From Bacteroidia bacterium (GTDB lineage Bacteria > Bacteroidota > Bacteroidia > NS11-12g > UBA955), in assembly GCA_044224315.1 (NCBI GenBank), contig JBGAKR010000001.1, positions 592,329 to 656,328 on the forward strand: a DNA stretch of 64,000 nt, given 5' to 3'. The notes under the pieces are model-generated. The model saw nothing but the letters and a program-made list of their open reading frames with translations. It made no database searches and was not told the origin of the DNA. The translations under genes and the position numbers were made by a program. Shown here piece by piece: positions 1 through 9,522 of the stretch; position 1 is the stretch's first letter, and every line of letters begins with the position of its first letter.

Positions 1-34
1 GTGCCTGGAGAGGGCAAGAGACAAGAATTTCGTT

Positions 35-796
35 TTGGAAAACGAGAGAAAGCTACTTACAGCGCATAAGAAACGGACAGTTGAGATATACGGTAGTATA
101 CTTTTACATGATTTTGAGACCTGTTTCAAAACAGGGTCGAAGACAATTCAGCAGCTTATCGCCGATTTTGTGACTTTATACTACAAAAAGAGCTTTGAAT
201 GGGCAAAAATGTATCAAATTACTACCATTCAGAACAATTCAGAATTCAAAAAATACGGATCTGAACGTGAATTTGAGCTACTTGTGTTAATGACTGCATG
301 GGCTAAAGAGAACAAGCATTTCGATGGCCAAGCCAATGAGAGCAACAACTGTCCTGTTGATATAACCCGCACTGATGCTGTTCATTACTTCGAAAAACTG
401 GCAGCGTACCAGGCAAAAAAGGAATACGCTGCCTTTATAGAGGCATTTGAAATTGCAAAAGATGTTGAAGATATTGACATACAGGCAAAAGCTACTGGGG
501 AATACACGCTTGCCAGACAAATCCTAGCAATCCGTCATGTTCTTATAGAATTTGGTATGCTTGAAGCTTTTACCAACAATTCAGATATTGCCCGTTTGGT
601 TCATTTGTTTGCGGGCAGAGAAGTTGCAAAGATTGCAAACTCTGCAATCTATGACCGGATGAAGAAACTCAATGCGACGGAAAAGATGGATATGGCCGAT
701 TATCATTTTGTGATCCGACACTTTGAAAAATTAAATGCACCTGCCGGAAGCGGAATTGACAATATTATTACCAGGCTTAAAAAGGACATGAAATAA
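35..796 (+). CDS. hypothetical protein, mobile-element associated; reading frame is open back to window position 2, so probably 5'-partial
   Basis: ORF begins with TTG at 35 and has no in-frame stop upstream to position 2. No recognisable motifs. Lies directly upstream of the HTH_17 excisionase-like gene and the AAA_25 ATPase gene. Confidence 0.45.
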   Translation: MENERKLLTAHKKRTVEIYGSILLHDFETCFKTGSKTIQQLIADFVTLYYKKSFEWAKMYQITTIQNNSEFKKYGSEREFELLVLMTAWAKENKHFDGQANESNNCPVDITRTDAVHYFEKLAAYQAKKEYAAFIEAFEIAKDVEDIDIQAKATGEYTLARQILAIRHVLIEFGMLEAFTNNSDIARLVHLFAGREVAKIANSAIYDRMKKLNATEKMDMADYHFVIRHFEKLNAPAGSGIDNIITRLKKDMK

Positions 797-879
797 AAAT
801 CCATAAAGTTGGGGTACCCCACACCTCCCCCCACCGATAAAAATCGCTAAAATCTTTGTGCTGTAATCAAAAACAGAAC

Positions 880-1194
880 ATGACAAAATTGATTTTAACA
901 ACCCAAGACGAGCTGGAACAAATTGTCCAGGCATCGGTAAGAAAAGTACTAAATGAAACCAACCATGGCAATTCTACTCCAGCAGATCAGTGGTTTAACA
1001 TAGAACAAGCATCGGATTTCCTTGGTCTTGCTGTACAAACCATTTATCAGAAAGTTTCTGGCCTGGGAATTCCATTTCACAAAAAGGGAAAGAAACTATG
1101 GTTCTTGAAAAGTGAATTGGATCAGTGGCTTAAAGATGGCAGGCAGAAAACCCGTCAGGAAATTGAGGATGACATTAAAAGCGGGAGGATCTAA
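880..1194 (+). CDS. helix-turn-helix (HTH_17 / excisionase-family) DNA-binding protein typical of Bacteroidetes integrative and mobilizable elements
   Basis: The MTKLILTTQDELEQIVQASVRKVLNE N-terminus and the WFNIEQASDFLGLAVQTIYQKV helix-turn-helix segment match the small Xis-like HTH proteins of CTn/IME elements. The likely start is the internal ATG at 880 rather than the first ATG at 856. Confidence 0.6.
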   Translation: MTKLILTTQDELEQIVQASVRKVLNETNHGNSTPADQWFNIEQASDFLGLAVQTIYQKVSGLGIPFHKKGKKLWFLKSELDQWLKDGRQKTRQEIEDDIKSGRI

Positions 1195-1502
1195 TGGATT
1201 ATTTATCAGCAATGAACTTGCTTTCCGAAGAAATAAAAAAGCAACAGTTGGAATTGAGTGCCTATGCAGAAAAGGAAAACAGCAGTGAGTGGGTCATTGA
1301 AAATAAAAATGAATCCATCAGCCGGTTGATAGAATGCTACAACCAATTGTATTTGCCTTTTCCCAATTTGCTGTTGGCTCTAGGTAATGAGATGGAAAGA
1401 CTTCTGAAAATTGACAAAAACTTGTCCGGTTTTCATATTCTCATTAATAATAAACGGGACTCAGGGTACCCAGGGTTTATTCAATGCAATTGGATTCCAT
1501 GA
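1194..1502 (+). CDS. hypothetical protein
   Basis: 102-aa ORF. Its start overlaps the stop of the preceding gene (TAATGG), and it overlaps the next ORF, which suggests an operon with translational coupling. No motifs recognised. Confidence 0.4.
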   Translation: MDYLSAMNLLSEEIKKQQLELSAYAEKENSSEWVIENKNESISRLIECYNQLYLPFPNLLLALGNEMERLLKIDKNLSGFHILINNKRDSGYPGFIQCNWIP

Positions 1503-2590
1503 ACGGAAGAATGACATTTACTCCGGTTTCCAAGAAAAAGACACTGGAAAACTTAACCCAACCTTCGGAGAATTCGGCAGCAATTGCTGAAATACTGCCA
1601 AGTCACCAAAACAGTCTTTTAAAAGTTGAATCTGCAAACGCAACAATGCTTGCGGCCAGCAGCAAGCCCACTCCTAAAAAGCTGTGCGGATCATTATGGC
1701 ACGAAGGTGAACTTTGCATTTTGGTGGCAGACACCAATGTCGGGAAATCAATTTTTGCTGTGCAGGCTGGAAACAATATCAGTTCAGGCAAAATACAACC
1801 CTTTTTGAACTGTGAAGCAGAAAAACAACCCGTGTTGTATTTTGACTTTGAACTTTCTGACAAACAATTTCAGCGCCGCTATTCATGTCCTAGCTTTTGC
1901 GGTACCCAAACCATCTTGTACAAATTCTCGGATGACTTCCATCGTTCGTCAATAGATCCGGACTTTGCTGAAGTCAGCGATTTTGACACCGTTCTAATGT
2001 TGGAAATTGAACAAGCTGTGAGAACCACAGGGGCGAAGGTGCTCATTATTGACAACCTAACATTTCTGAAAACCCAGGCGGTGGATACGGCCAAAGAAGC
2101 GCTGCCCTTAATGCAGAAACTTAAATCGCTGAAGTCAAGACTGGGGTTATCAATATTGGTACTTGCTCACACACCGAAAAGGAGTTACATGAACCCAATC
2201 TCTAAAAACGACATTGCCGGAAGCAAGCACCTGGCAAACTTTGCTGACAGCATATTCGCCATCGGTGAAAGCAGCCAGGACAAAAGCATTCGTTATATCA
2301 AACAATTAAAATCCAGGGAAACTGAAATCGAATACGACAGCGAAAACGTGATTGAGTGCATTATCAGAAAAGATCACAATTATTTGCATTTCGAGCTTCT
2401 CCGTTTTGGCCGTGAACGAGACCATTTGAGGCAATCTGAGCCGGAAGAGCTGGAAAGTCAAATCATTTCACTTCATGAATCCAATCCCGAATTGTCTCTT
2501 CGCGAATTGGCAGAGTTGGCCGGTACCAATCACATGAAGGTGAAACGGGCGCTAGATCGACATCAGGCGAACAAAGAGAATTTACTGTAA
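1484..2590 (+). CDS. RecA-like P-loop ATPase (AAA_25 / DnaB-C-like) with a C-terminal HTH; putative replication/mobilization protein of an integrated element
   Basis: Walker A is LVADTNVGKSIFAVQAG, followed by VLYFDFE, and Walker B is VLIIDNLTFL. The C-terminal LSLRELAELAGTNHMKVKRALDR looks like an HTH. Confidence 0.6.
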   Translation: MQLDSMNGRMTFTPVSKKKTLENLTQPSENSAAIAEILPSHQNSLLKVESANATMLAASSKPTPKKLCGSLWHEGELCILVADTNVGKSIFAVQAGNNISSGKIQPFLNCEAEKQPVLYFDFELSDKQFQRRYSCPSFCGTQTILYKFSDDFHRSSIDPDFAEVSDFDTVLMLEIEQAVRTTGAKVLIIDNLTFLKTQAVDTAKEALPLMQKLKSLKSRLGLSILVLAHTPKRSYMNPISKNDIAGSKHLANFADSIFAIGESSQDKSIRYIKQLKSRETEIEYDSENVIECIIRKDHNYLHFELLRFGRERDHLRQSEPEELESQIISLHESNPELSLRELAELAGTNHMKVKRALDRHQANKENLL

Positions 2591-2618
2591 CAGGTGTAAC
2601 GTGTTACAAGTGTTACAG
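2585..2618. repeat. 34-nt nested palindrome carrying four TGTAAC/GTTACA half-sites, overlapping the stop codon of the ATPase gene
   Basis: CTGTAACA-GG-TGTAAC-GT-GTTACA-AG-TGTTACAG. The outer and inner arms are exact reverse complements. No T-run follows it. Confidence 0.6.
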
Positions 2619-2877
2619 AATTTCTAATCGGAATATATTTCGTAGGTAAAATATAGAAAATCGAATGAATTGAGCTTTTTCGCCACAAACTTGAGTTAAG
2701 CGAACATTCAACTATCTATGTATTTCTACTATTATTTGACGAAATACGCTGAATTAGGATAATAGAAGTAACCTCCTGACCCATTTATGGCCATTTAAAA
2801 TATTTCCATACGGTAACTTAAAATTCAGATTTTCTCCTAAATTGATATGCTAATTTGCTATCTAATCATAAAATAAA

Positions 2878-3306
2878 ATGAAAAAATCAATTGTCATCGT
2901 GTTTGCCGGAATGCTCTCCTCATGCGTTTTCGCACAGAAAATCAAAGAAAAAGATGTCCCAGCAGCTGTTAAGGTAGAATTTCAAAAACTTTACCCAACT
3001 GCAAAAGAAGTGAAATGGGAAAAAGAGGATGGGAATTACGAGGTGAATTTTGACTTCAACAAGGCTGATTATTCGGTATTAATGAATGAGTCAGGAAGCG
3101 TTTTGGAGACAGAAGTTGAAATAGAACTATCCCAATTACCAGCCGGAGTTATCGAATATGTAAAAACCAACTACAACGGACAAAATGTAAAGGAAGCAGC
3201 AAAAATTACAGATGCAAACGGTGTAGTAACGTATGAAGCAGAGATTAAAGGAAAAGATTTGATTTTTGATAGTACTGGCAAATTCATTAAAGAATCCAAG
3301 GATTGA
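2878..3306 (+). CDS. PepSY-like periplasmic protein (putative beta-lactamase-inhibitor-like fold)
   Basis: Signal peptide MKKSIVIVFAGMLSSCVFAQ. Two repeated modules, YEVNFDF...YSVLMNESGSVLETEV and VTYEAEIKG...DLIFDSTGKFIK, are characteristic of PepSY_like proteins. Confidence 0.55.
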   Translation: MKKSIVIVFAGMLSSCVFAQKIKEKDVPAAVKVEFQKLYPTAKEVKWEKEDGNYEVNFDFNKADYSVLMNESGSVLETEVEIELSQLPAGVIEYVKTNYNGQNVKEAAKITDANGVVTYEAEIKGKDLIFDSTGKFIKESKD

Positions 3307-3351
3307 GTTTTTTTGATTAAGGGATTCCATTGAAAGGATTTTATTTCTAGC

Positions 3352-4632
3352 ATGAAAAAAGTGCTCTTTATATGCCTATTTGTTTGGGCTGTGCAATTCA
3401 GCTATGCCCAAACAAATCTTGATTATTATTTAACTATAGCAAAAGCGAATAGCCCATTGATTAACGATAACAACAACTTAACCAAGGTGGCTAAGCTCGA
3501 AGCAGAAAGGTTAAAGGCTTTTTATACCCGACCCCAGATCGGCATTACTGCAAGTTATTTATTTTCACCTATCATAAACTTAGATAATACCCAGGCAAAA
3601 TTTGAGGCAAACACCTCTGGGGCGAACAAATATATTGGCTATGACATGGCAGCTGCAAATGGAGGTCAATATCAGGCCTTGCTCAATTTTTCTCAACCTT
3701 TGTTCAATGGTCATAAACTTGAAATAGCAACCCAACAAGCCAATGTGGCAGCTGATATCAATCAGAACAATGCAAAAATCACTGAGCACGACATTGAAAA
3801 AGTTGTCACTGACCAATACATTCTGTGTTTACAAGATAGTAAACAAATTGATTTTGCCAATTCAATGATAAATCTGATTTCAGAACAAAAAGATATAGTA
3901 AAAAAACTCGTTGAAAGTAGCATATACAAGCAATCTGATTTGTTATTACTTAGCATTGAAAACAAGAATTTAATTATGCAACTTTCAACCTTCAAATCTA
4001 CATTTAAAAGAGATTTGATGGATTTAAATATACTTTGTGGAATTAGCGATACAACCCTGAAAACACTACAAACCTTGAATCTAATTGTATTGCCCACTGT
4101 AGTTAACTCTTCATATATAGAAAAGTACAGATTAGACAGTTTAAACATTGAAGCTTCAAAAAAAACTTTTGAACTAAAATATAAACCTCAGCTAACTGCA
4201 ATCGCAAATACTGGACTAAATGCTGTTTATGCACCAACAATTCCCAATCGTTTTGGATTGAATGCAGGATTCAATTTTACATATAACTTTTACGATGGTG
4301 GGCAAAAAAAAATAAACAGGAATAAAACAGATACTTTATTGCAATCTGTTTCATTTTATAAGGATAAATTCACATTGCAAAATGAAATGCGTAAAATAAA
4401 GTTATTTAATGAAATACGGTCAATAAATGAAAGAATTATAATCTCAGAAGATCAACTAAAGGATTATGAAACCTTATTGAATTTGTACAAAAATGAAATT
4501 TTATCTGGACAACTTTCAATTATAAACTATATAACGATCCTAAAGAACATGACGACTGTTCAAAGAGACAATTCACTACTTTTATCACAAAAACAATTGT
4601 TAATCAATGCCTATAATTACTGGAACTGGTAA
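3352..4632 (+). CDS. TolC-like outer membrane efflux protein (OMF)
   Basis: Signal peptide and two long coiled/alpha-barrel repeat halves with the typical Q/L/N-rich composition. First gene of an OMF-MFP-RND operon. Confidence 0.7.
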   Translation: MKKVLFICLFVWAVQFSYAQTNLDYYLTIAKANSPLINDNNNLTKVAKLEAERLKAFYTRPQIGITASYLFSPIINLDNTQAKFEANTSGANKYIGYDMAAANGGQYQALLNFSQPLFNGHKLEIATQQANVAADINQNNAKITEHDIEKVVTDQYILCLQDSKQIDFANSMINLISEQKDIVKKLVESSIYKQSDLLLLSIENKNLIMQLSTFKSTFKRDLMDLNILCGISDTTLKTLQTLNLIVLPTVVNSSYIEKYRLDSLNIEASKKTFELKYKPQLTAIANTGLNAVYAPTIPNRFGLNAGFNFTYNFYDGGQKKINRNKTDTLLQSVSFYKDKFTLQNEMRKIKLFNEIRSINERIIISEDQLKDYETLLNLYKNEILSGQLSIINYITILKNMTTVQRDNSLLLSQKQLLINAYNYWNW

Positions 4633-4636
4633 TCCA

Positions 4637-5569
4637 ATGAGGAATAAAACCGCAATCGTATTGTTTTTCGGTATGTTTTTGTTTGCATGCAGAACAGCTC
4701 CGAAGGAAATTGCAGAAACCGAGATCACAAATCCAAAGACATCCGTTGAGGTAACCACTGTGAAATATGGGTCTCTGGATGATGAATTGGTTCTATCTGG
4801 AACTACGATTTATCAGAGGCGCAATGCTGTTACTGCTGCAATTCCAGCATATATAACCAAGGTTTATATTAAACTGGGCGATGCCGTTTCCAGAGGTGAG
4901 GTATTGTATGAACTGGAATCCAAAGAAAGAAGGTCTCTGGGAAACAGCGGAGTAAAATTAGATACTTCGTTAGTTAATTTTGGGATAATTAAAGTCAGGG
5001 CGTCAGCATCGGGCGTGATCAGTACTCTTGATAAACAGCAACCCGGTGATTACGTACTTGAGGGTACATTGCTATGTAGTATAGCGGAGAGTAGTGATTT
5101 GACTTTTCAGGTGAATGTTCCCTATGAGTATAGCCAATTCACAAAATCAGGTAGAATATGCCAGATTACGTTACCAGATAACTCAACGCACATGGCTCAA
5201 TTTACAAGGTCACTCACCTCAATGAATGTGATGGCTCAAACACAAACAGTTCTGGCTAAAACAAATGAAATTCTGTACCTGCCGGAAAATATGATTGTGA
5301 AAGTTACTGTAAATAAAGGTTCATCTAGTGATAAGCAAATATTGCCTAAGGAATGCGTGCTCAGTGATGAAATGATGGAAAATTTTTGGGTAATGAAAAT
5401 AATAAATGATTCTACAGCAATTAAAATTCCTGTTACTATCGGCAATAAAAGCAACAACAGCACAGAAGTTATTACACCCAGATTTGGCCAAACCGACAGA
5501 ATAATCAGCACCGGCAATTATGGATTGCCTGATACTGCATTTGTAAGAATAAAAAATAGTAAAAATTAG
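4637..5569 (+). CDS. RND efflux periplasmic adaptor subunit (membrane fusion protein, HlyD/CzcB family)
   Basis: Lipoprotein-type signal MRNKTAIVLFFGMFLFAC, and the biotinyl-lipoyl-like hairpin YIKLGDAVSRGEVLYELES. Sits between the OMF and RND genes. The start is moved to the internal ATG at 4637 to remove the overlap with the OMF gene. Confidence 0.7.
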   Translation: MRNKTAIVLFFGMFLFACRTAPKEIAETEITNPKTSVEVTTVKYGSLDDELVLSGTTIYQRRNAVTAAIPAYITKVYIKLGDAVSRGEVLYELESKERRSLGNSGVKLDTSLVNFGIIKVRASASGVISTLDKQQPGDYVLEGTLLCSIAESSDLTFQVNVPYEYSQFTKSGRICQITLPDNSTHMAQFTRSLTSMNVMAQTQTVLAKTNEILYLPENMIVKVTVNKGSSSDKQILPKECVLSDEMMENFWVMKIINDSTAIKIPVTIGNKSNNSTEVITPRFGQTDRIISTGNYGLPDTAFVRIKNSKN

Positions 5570-5571
5570 TT

Positions 5572-8500
5572 TTGAGAAGCGAAAGAAGTTATTTCGATAT
5601 TTTTAAGAAACCAATTCTTTTTATTGGTTTGTTGTTGCTATTAGCTGGAATATACTCTTACTCGCGGATGCAGACAAATTTGTTTCCGGAAGTTCTATTT
5701 CCAAGAATAACTGTAATTGCAGATGCTGGTCAGGTGCCAATTGATAGAATGATGATAACGGTGACCAAACCGCTAGAGAGTGCAGTAAAAAAAGTAAAAG
5801 GTGTTACCATTGTAAAATCAAATACCAGCAGAGGTGCTAGCACAATTGATATTTATTTTGATTGGGGTTTGGATATTTACAACCTGAAAACACAACTGGA
5901 AAGCCGGATTAATGAAATAAAGAATTTTTTACCACCTGGTGTAAATATAACAGCAGAAGCGATGAATCAATCTGTATTTCCTGTTTATGGTTTGACTCTT
6001 GAAAGCAAAACACACAGTCAGGTAGCATTGAGAGACGAGGCCAATCTAATGCTTAGGCCTATTCTATCACAGACAAAAGGGATCTCCAATGTTATTGTAA
6101 GGGGTGGAAAAGTAAAAGAGTTTGTGGTAATTCCAGATGCCATAAAAATGTCATCCCTGGGGATGACTCCAACAACAATTATTACCGCGTTCAATAATAA
6201 TAATTTTGTTTTATCCAACGGATATATGTCTGATTATAAAAGACTTTATCTAAACCTCACAGACACTCGCGTTAATGATATTAATGAACTGGAAAACCTG
6301 ATTATTAAAAATGACGGAACGCGGGTTGTTAAATTAATTGATATTGCTAAAATTGAAATTCAGGAACAGCAGGAATTTATCAAAATCAATTCAAATGGTG
6401 GCAGTGCGGTTTTAATCGACCTTGTAAAACAACCGGGAATAAATTTGATTGATTTTTCTAAAAATGCTGAAGCCAAAGTAAAAGAAATTCAAAAACTACT
6501 ACCCAAAGGATATGTTTTAAAACCCTATTACAATCAGAGTGCCTTTGTCGGAGACAGCATTCATAGTGTTATCAAGACTATTTACGAAGGTTTGTTTTTA
6601 GCCATTATTGTAATGATTCTTTTCCTCCGTTCGTGGAGAGCAAGTTTGGTTGTAATGCTTACAATTCCTGTAACATTGGCATTTACAATCTGCGTCCTCT
6701 CAATTGTGGGCATTACAATCAATATTATGTCACTTGGGGCAATAGCTGCGTCTATCGGGCTAATAATAGATGATGCAATAGTTATCGTTGAACAAATTTA
6801 CCGCGGCCACGAAGAGAATCCTGAAAAAACCAAGTACGTTGTGGTATCAGAATCCATCAGGAATTTATTTCCAGCCATGGTGGGTTCTTCCCTGGCAACC
6901 ATCGTTATTCACTTTCCATTTCGGCTCATGAGTGGAATGGCAGGTTCATTTTTCAAGGAACTTTCAGACACCATGCAAATAACTATGATTACCTCATTTT
7001 TGGTAACATGGCTTTTACTGCCAGTGTTTCACTTGATTATTGGCTATAAATCTTCATTAAAATCACACAAACACAATTCGGCAAAAGCTGAATACAAATT
7101 GCGCTGGCTTACGTGGTTTTTCAAAAAACCTGTTATATCTCTCTGTTTAATATTAATACTTGGATTTTCTGCATGGTTTGCATCTACCAAATTGGAAACG
7201 GGCTTTTTGCCGGATTTGGATGAGGGCTCAATTGTACTGGATTATTTTTCACCTCCAGGCACAGACTTAAGAGAAACAGACAGATTGTGCAGGGAAATGG
7301 AAAAAATAATATTAAAACATCCCGATGTTGAAACGTATTCGAGGCGAACCGGCACTGCAATGTCTTTTCGTTCAGTACAACCGACGGAGGGTGATTATTT
7401 GATTCAATTAAAAAAGAACAGAAAGCGCAACACATTTGAGGTAATTTCAGATTTGCGGAATGAAATTGGAGCTTCAGTTCCAGTAATGGATATTTCATTT
7501 GGTCAGAGAATATCCGACTTGTTGGGTGATTTAATGAGTACCTCCAAACCAATTGAAATAAAAATATTCGGTGACGATTACCAAATACTCAGGCAATTAT
7601 CGGCAAAAGCAGAGCCAATAATCCAAAAGATAAAAGGAATTGCAGATGTAAATAACGGGCTGATAACCGCTGGTCCGGTATTAATATTTACACCAGATCA
7701 AGAGAAGCTGAATCAATATAAAATTACTTTAACAGATTTCCAAACCCAACTTAGCGCCTATACAGGAGGTGTTCCTTTAGGTATAAATGCGAATATGCCA
7801 ACCCCTTCACCAGCGCAGGCATCTATGACTGGAGGTATTCAAATCGGGCAATTACAGGATGGGGAACAAATGCGTCGAATTCTAATGCGTTTTACTAATT
7901 ATGACGATAATGATCTTGAAAAACTAAAAAGGCAGCTTATCTTTTTACCTGATGGTACTACCCGTCCACTTTCATTTTTTTGCACAACAGCCATCACTCC
8001 GGGAGAAGTTGAACAAAGGAGAGAAGATTTGAAGTCGGTTATTTCCGTTACTGCTCGTCTTGATAATAGAGATTTAGGCAGTGCTATCAACGAAATTAAA
8101 ACCAGACTGAATGCTGAATTGCCGTTGCCTAATGGATATAGTATTGTCTATGGTGGCGCTTATGCCGAACAACAGAAATCATTTTCTGAGTTGCTATTAA
8201 TTTTGGCAATGGCAACCTTATTTGTATTTGGCGTTCTTATGTTTCTTTTTAAGGAATGGATGATTGCAATTCTCATACTCTTCATTTCATTAATGGGAAT
8301 AAGTGGTTGCATTCTTGCTCTCTATTTTGTTGGAATTCCTTTAAATGTAAGCAGTTATACAGGAATCATCATGATTGTAGGCATTATTGCAGAAAACGCA
8401 ATATTTACTGTAAATCAATTTAAATCAAACATGAAAACCAGTAATAATGTTGATGAATCAATTAACCATGCCATCGCACTGCGAATCCGTCCAAAGTTGA

Positions 8501-8676
8501 TGACAGCTTTTGGGGCAATTTTGGCATTAATGCCACTAGGCCTTGGTATCGGGCTGGGTGCCCAAATGCAACAACCTTTAGCGGTTGCAGTTATTGGTGG
8601 ATTTGTGGTAGGACTTCCCATGCTATTGCTGGTTTTCCCAAGTTTTATGCGATTGATTTATTTAAGGAGACAGTAA
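5572..8676 (+). CDS. RND efflux transporter permease subunit (AcrB/CzcA/CusA superfamily), 1034 aa
   Basis: 12-TM architecture with two large periplasmic loops. The N-terminus resembles the CzcA type (YFDIFKKPILFIGLLLLLAGIYSY). TTG start follows 2 nt after the MFP stop. Confidence 0.85.
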   Translation: MRSERSYFDIFKKPILFIGLLLLLAGIYSYSRMQTNLFPEVLFPRITVIADAGQVPIDRMMITVTKPLESAVKKVKGVTIVKSNTSRGASTIDIYFDWGLDIYNLKTQLESRINEIKNFLPPGVNITAEAMNQSVFPVYGLTLESKTHSQVALRDEANLMLRPILSQTKGISNVIVRGGKVKEFVVIPDAIKMSSLGMTPTTIITAFNNNNFVLSNGYMSDYKRLYLNLTDTRVNDINELENLIIKNDGTRVVKLIDIAKIEIQEQQEFIKINSNGGSAVLIDLVKQPGINLIDFSKNAEAKVKEIQKLLPKGYVLKPYYNQSAFVGDSIHSVIKTIYEGLFLAIIVMILFLRSWRASLVVMLTIPVTLAFTICVLSIVGITINIMSLGAIAASIGLIIDDAIVIVEQIYRGHEENPEKTKYVVVSESIRNLFPAMVGSSLATIVIHFPFRLMSGMAGSFFKELSDTMQITMITSFLVTWLLLPVFHLIIGYKSSLKSHKHNSAKAEYKLRWLTWFFKKPVISLCLILILGFSAWFASTKLETGFLPDLDEGSIVLDYFSPPGTDLRETDRLCREMEKIILKHPDVETYSRRTGTAMSFRSVQPTEGDYLIQLKKNRKRNTFEVISDLRNEIGASVPVMDISFGQRISDLLGDLMSTSKPIEIKIFGDDYQILRQLSAKAEPIIQKIKGIADVNNGLITAGPVLIFTPDQEKLNQYKITLTDFQTQLSAYTGGVPLGINANMPTPSPAQASMTGGIQIGQLQDGEQMRRILMRFTNYDDNDLEKLKRQLIFLPDGTTRPLSFFCTTAITPGEVEQRREDLKSVISVTARLDNRDLGSAINEIKTRLNAELPLPNGYSIVYGGAYAEQQKSFSELLLILAMATLFVFGVLMFLFKEWMIAILILFISLMGISGCILALYFVGIPLNVSSYTGIIMIVGIIAENAIFTVNQFKSNMKTSNNVDESINHAIALRIRPKLMTAFGAILALMPLGLGIGLGAQMQQPLAVAVIGGFVVGLPMLLLVFPSFMRLIYLRRQ

Positions 8677-8844
8677 ATTATCAAAAGTTACCTGTGATTG
8701 GTCAAATAAGCAGTTTTTAGAGTTGGGTGTCACAATGACTTTCGTTTATGCTTACTAAGTGGAAAGAAACAAAGTTATTGTAAACGTTGAGGAATCTGAA
8801 GAATCTACAGGATTTATACAAATTCTATTGTTTAAATTTGCTGA

Positions 8845-9522
8845 ATGAGAATCCTTATAGTTGAAGACGAGAAACTAATCTCTAATGAGGTTTCCAAATA
8901 TTTGAAACCTGAAGGTTTTAAGTGCGATGTTGCATTTACTTATCTGGAAGCAGAGCAAAAAATAATTTCAAATATATATGACATTGTTCTATTAGATATA
9001 ACTTTACCCAAAGGAAGCGGGCTTGATTTAATTCCTATCATAAAAAATCAAAATGTCAAGACTGGAATACTCATTATTTCTGCAAAAAATGCCATAGATG
9101 ACAAAATTAAAGGGCTCGACTCAGGTGCCGATGATTATATTACCAAACCATTTTTTTTAACTGAAATTAACTCCAGGATTAAATCAGTAATCCGGAGGAG
9201 GCAGTACGACAATCAACTACTTGTTGAATTTGAGGAAATCACTATTTCACCCGATAATAAAAGCGTATCAGTTAATAATAAACAAGTTCCTGTTACAAAA
9301 TCCGAATATGATATATTATTTTATTTTATAGTAAACAAAAATCGTCTGGTCACAAAGCAGGCACTAGCAGACCACTTGCTGGGTTCCGCAGGGGATGACT
9401 TAAATTCATATGATTTAATTTATTCTCATATTAAAAATCTTAGAAAAAAATTAATTGAAGCAGGCGCCAAAGATTATATCCAAACAATTTATGCAATGGG
9501 CTACAAATTTACAAATTTATGA
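8845..9522 (+). CDS. OmpR-family response regulator (receiver + winged-helix)
   Basis: MRILIVEDE...DIVLLDITLP...ISAKNAIDDKIKGLDSGADDYITKPF receiver motifs, and a C-terminal winged helix (YIQTIYAMGYKF). Confidence 0.85.
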   Translation: MRILIVEDEKLISNEVSKYLKPEGFKCDVAFTYLEAEQKIISNIYDIVLLDITLPKGSGLDLIPIIKNQNVKTGILIISAKNAIDDKIKGLDSGADDYITKPFFLTEINSRIKSVIRRRQYDNQLLVEFEEITISPDNKSVSVNNKQVPVTKSEYDILFYFIVNKNRLVTKQALADHLLGSAGDDLNSYDLIYSHIKNLRKKLIEAGAKDYIQTIYAMGYKFTNL

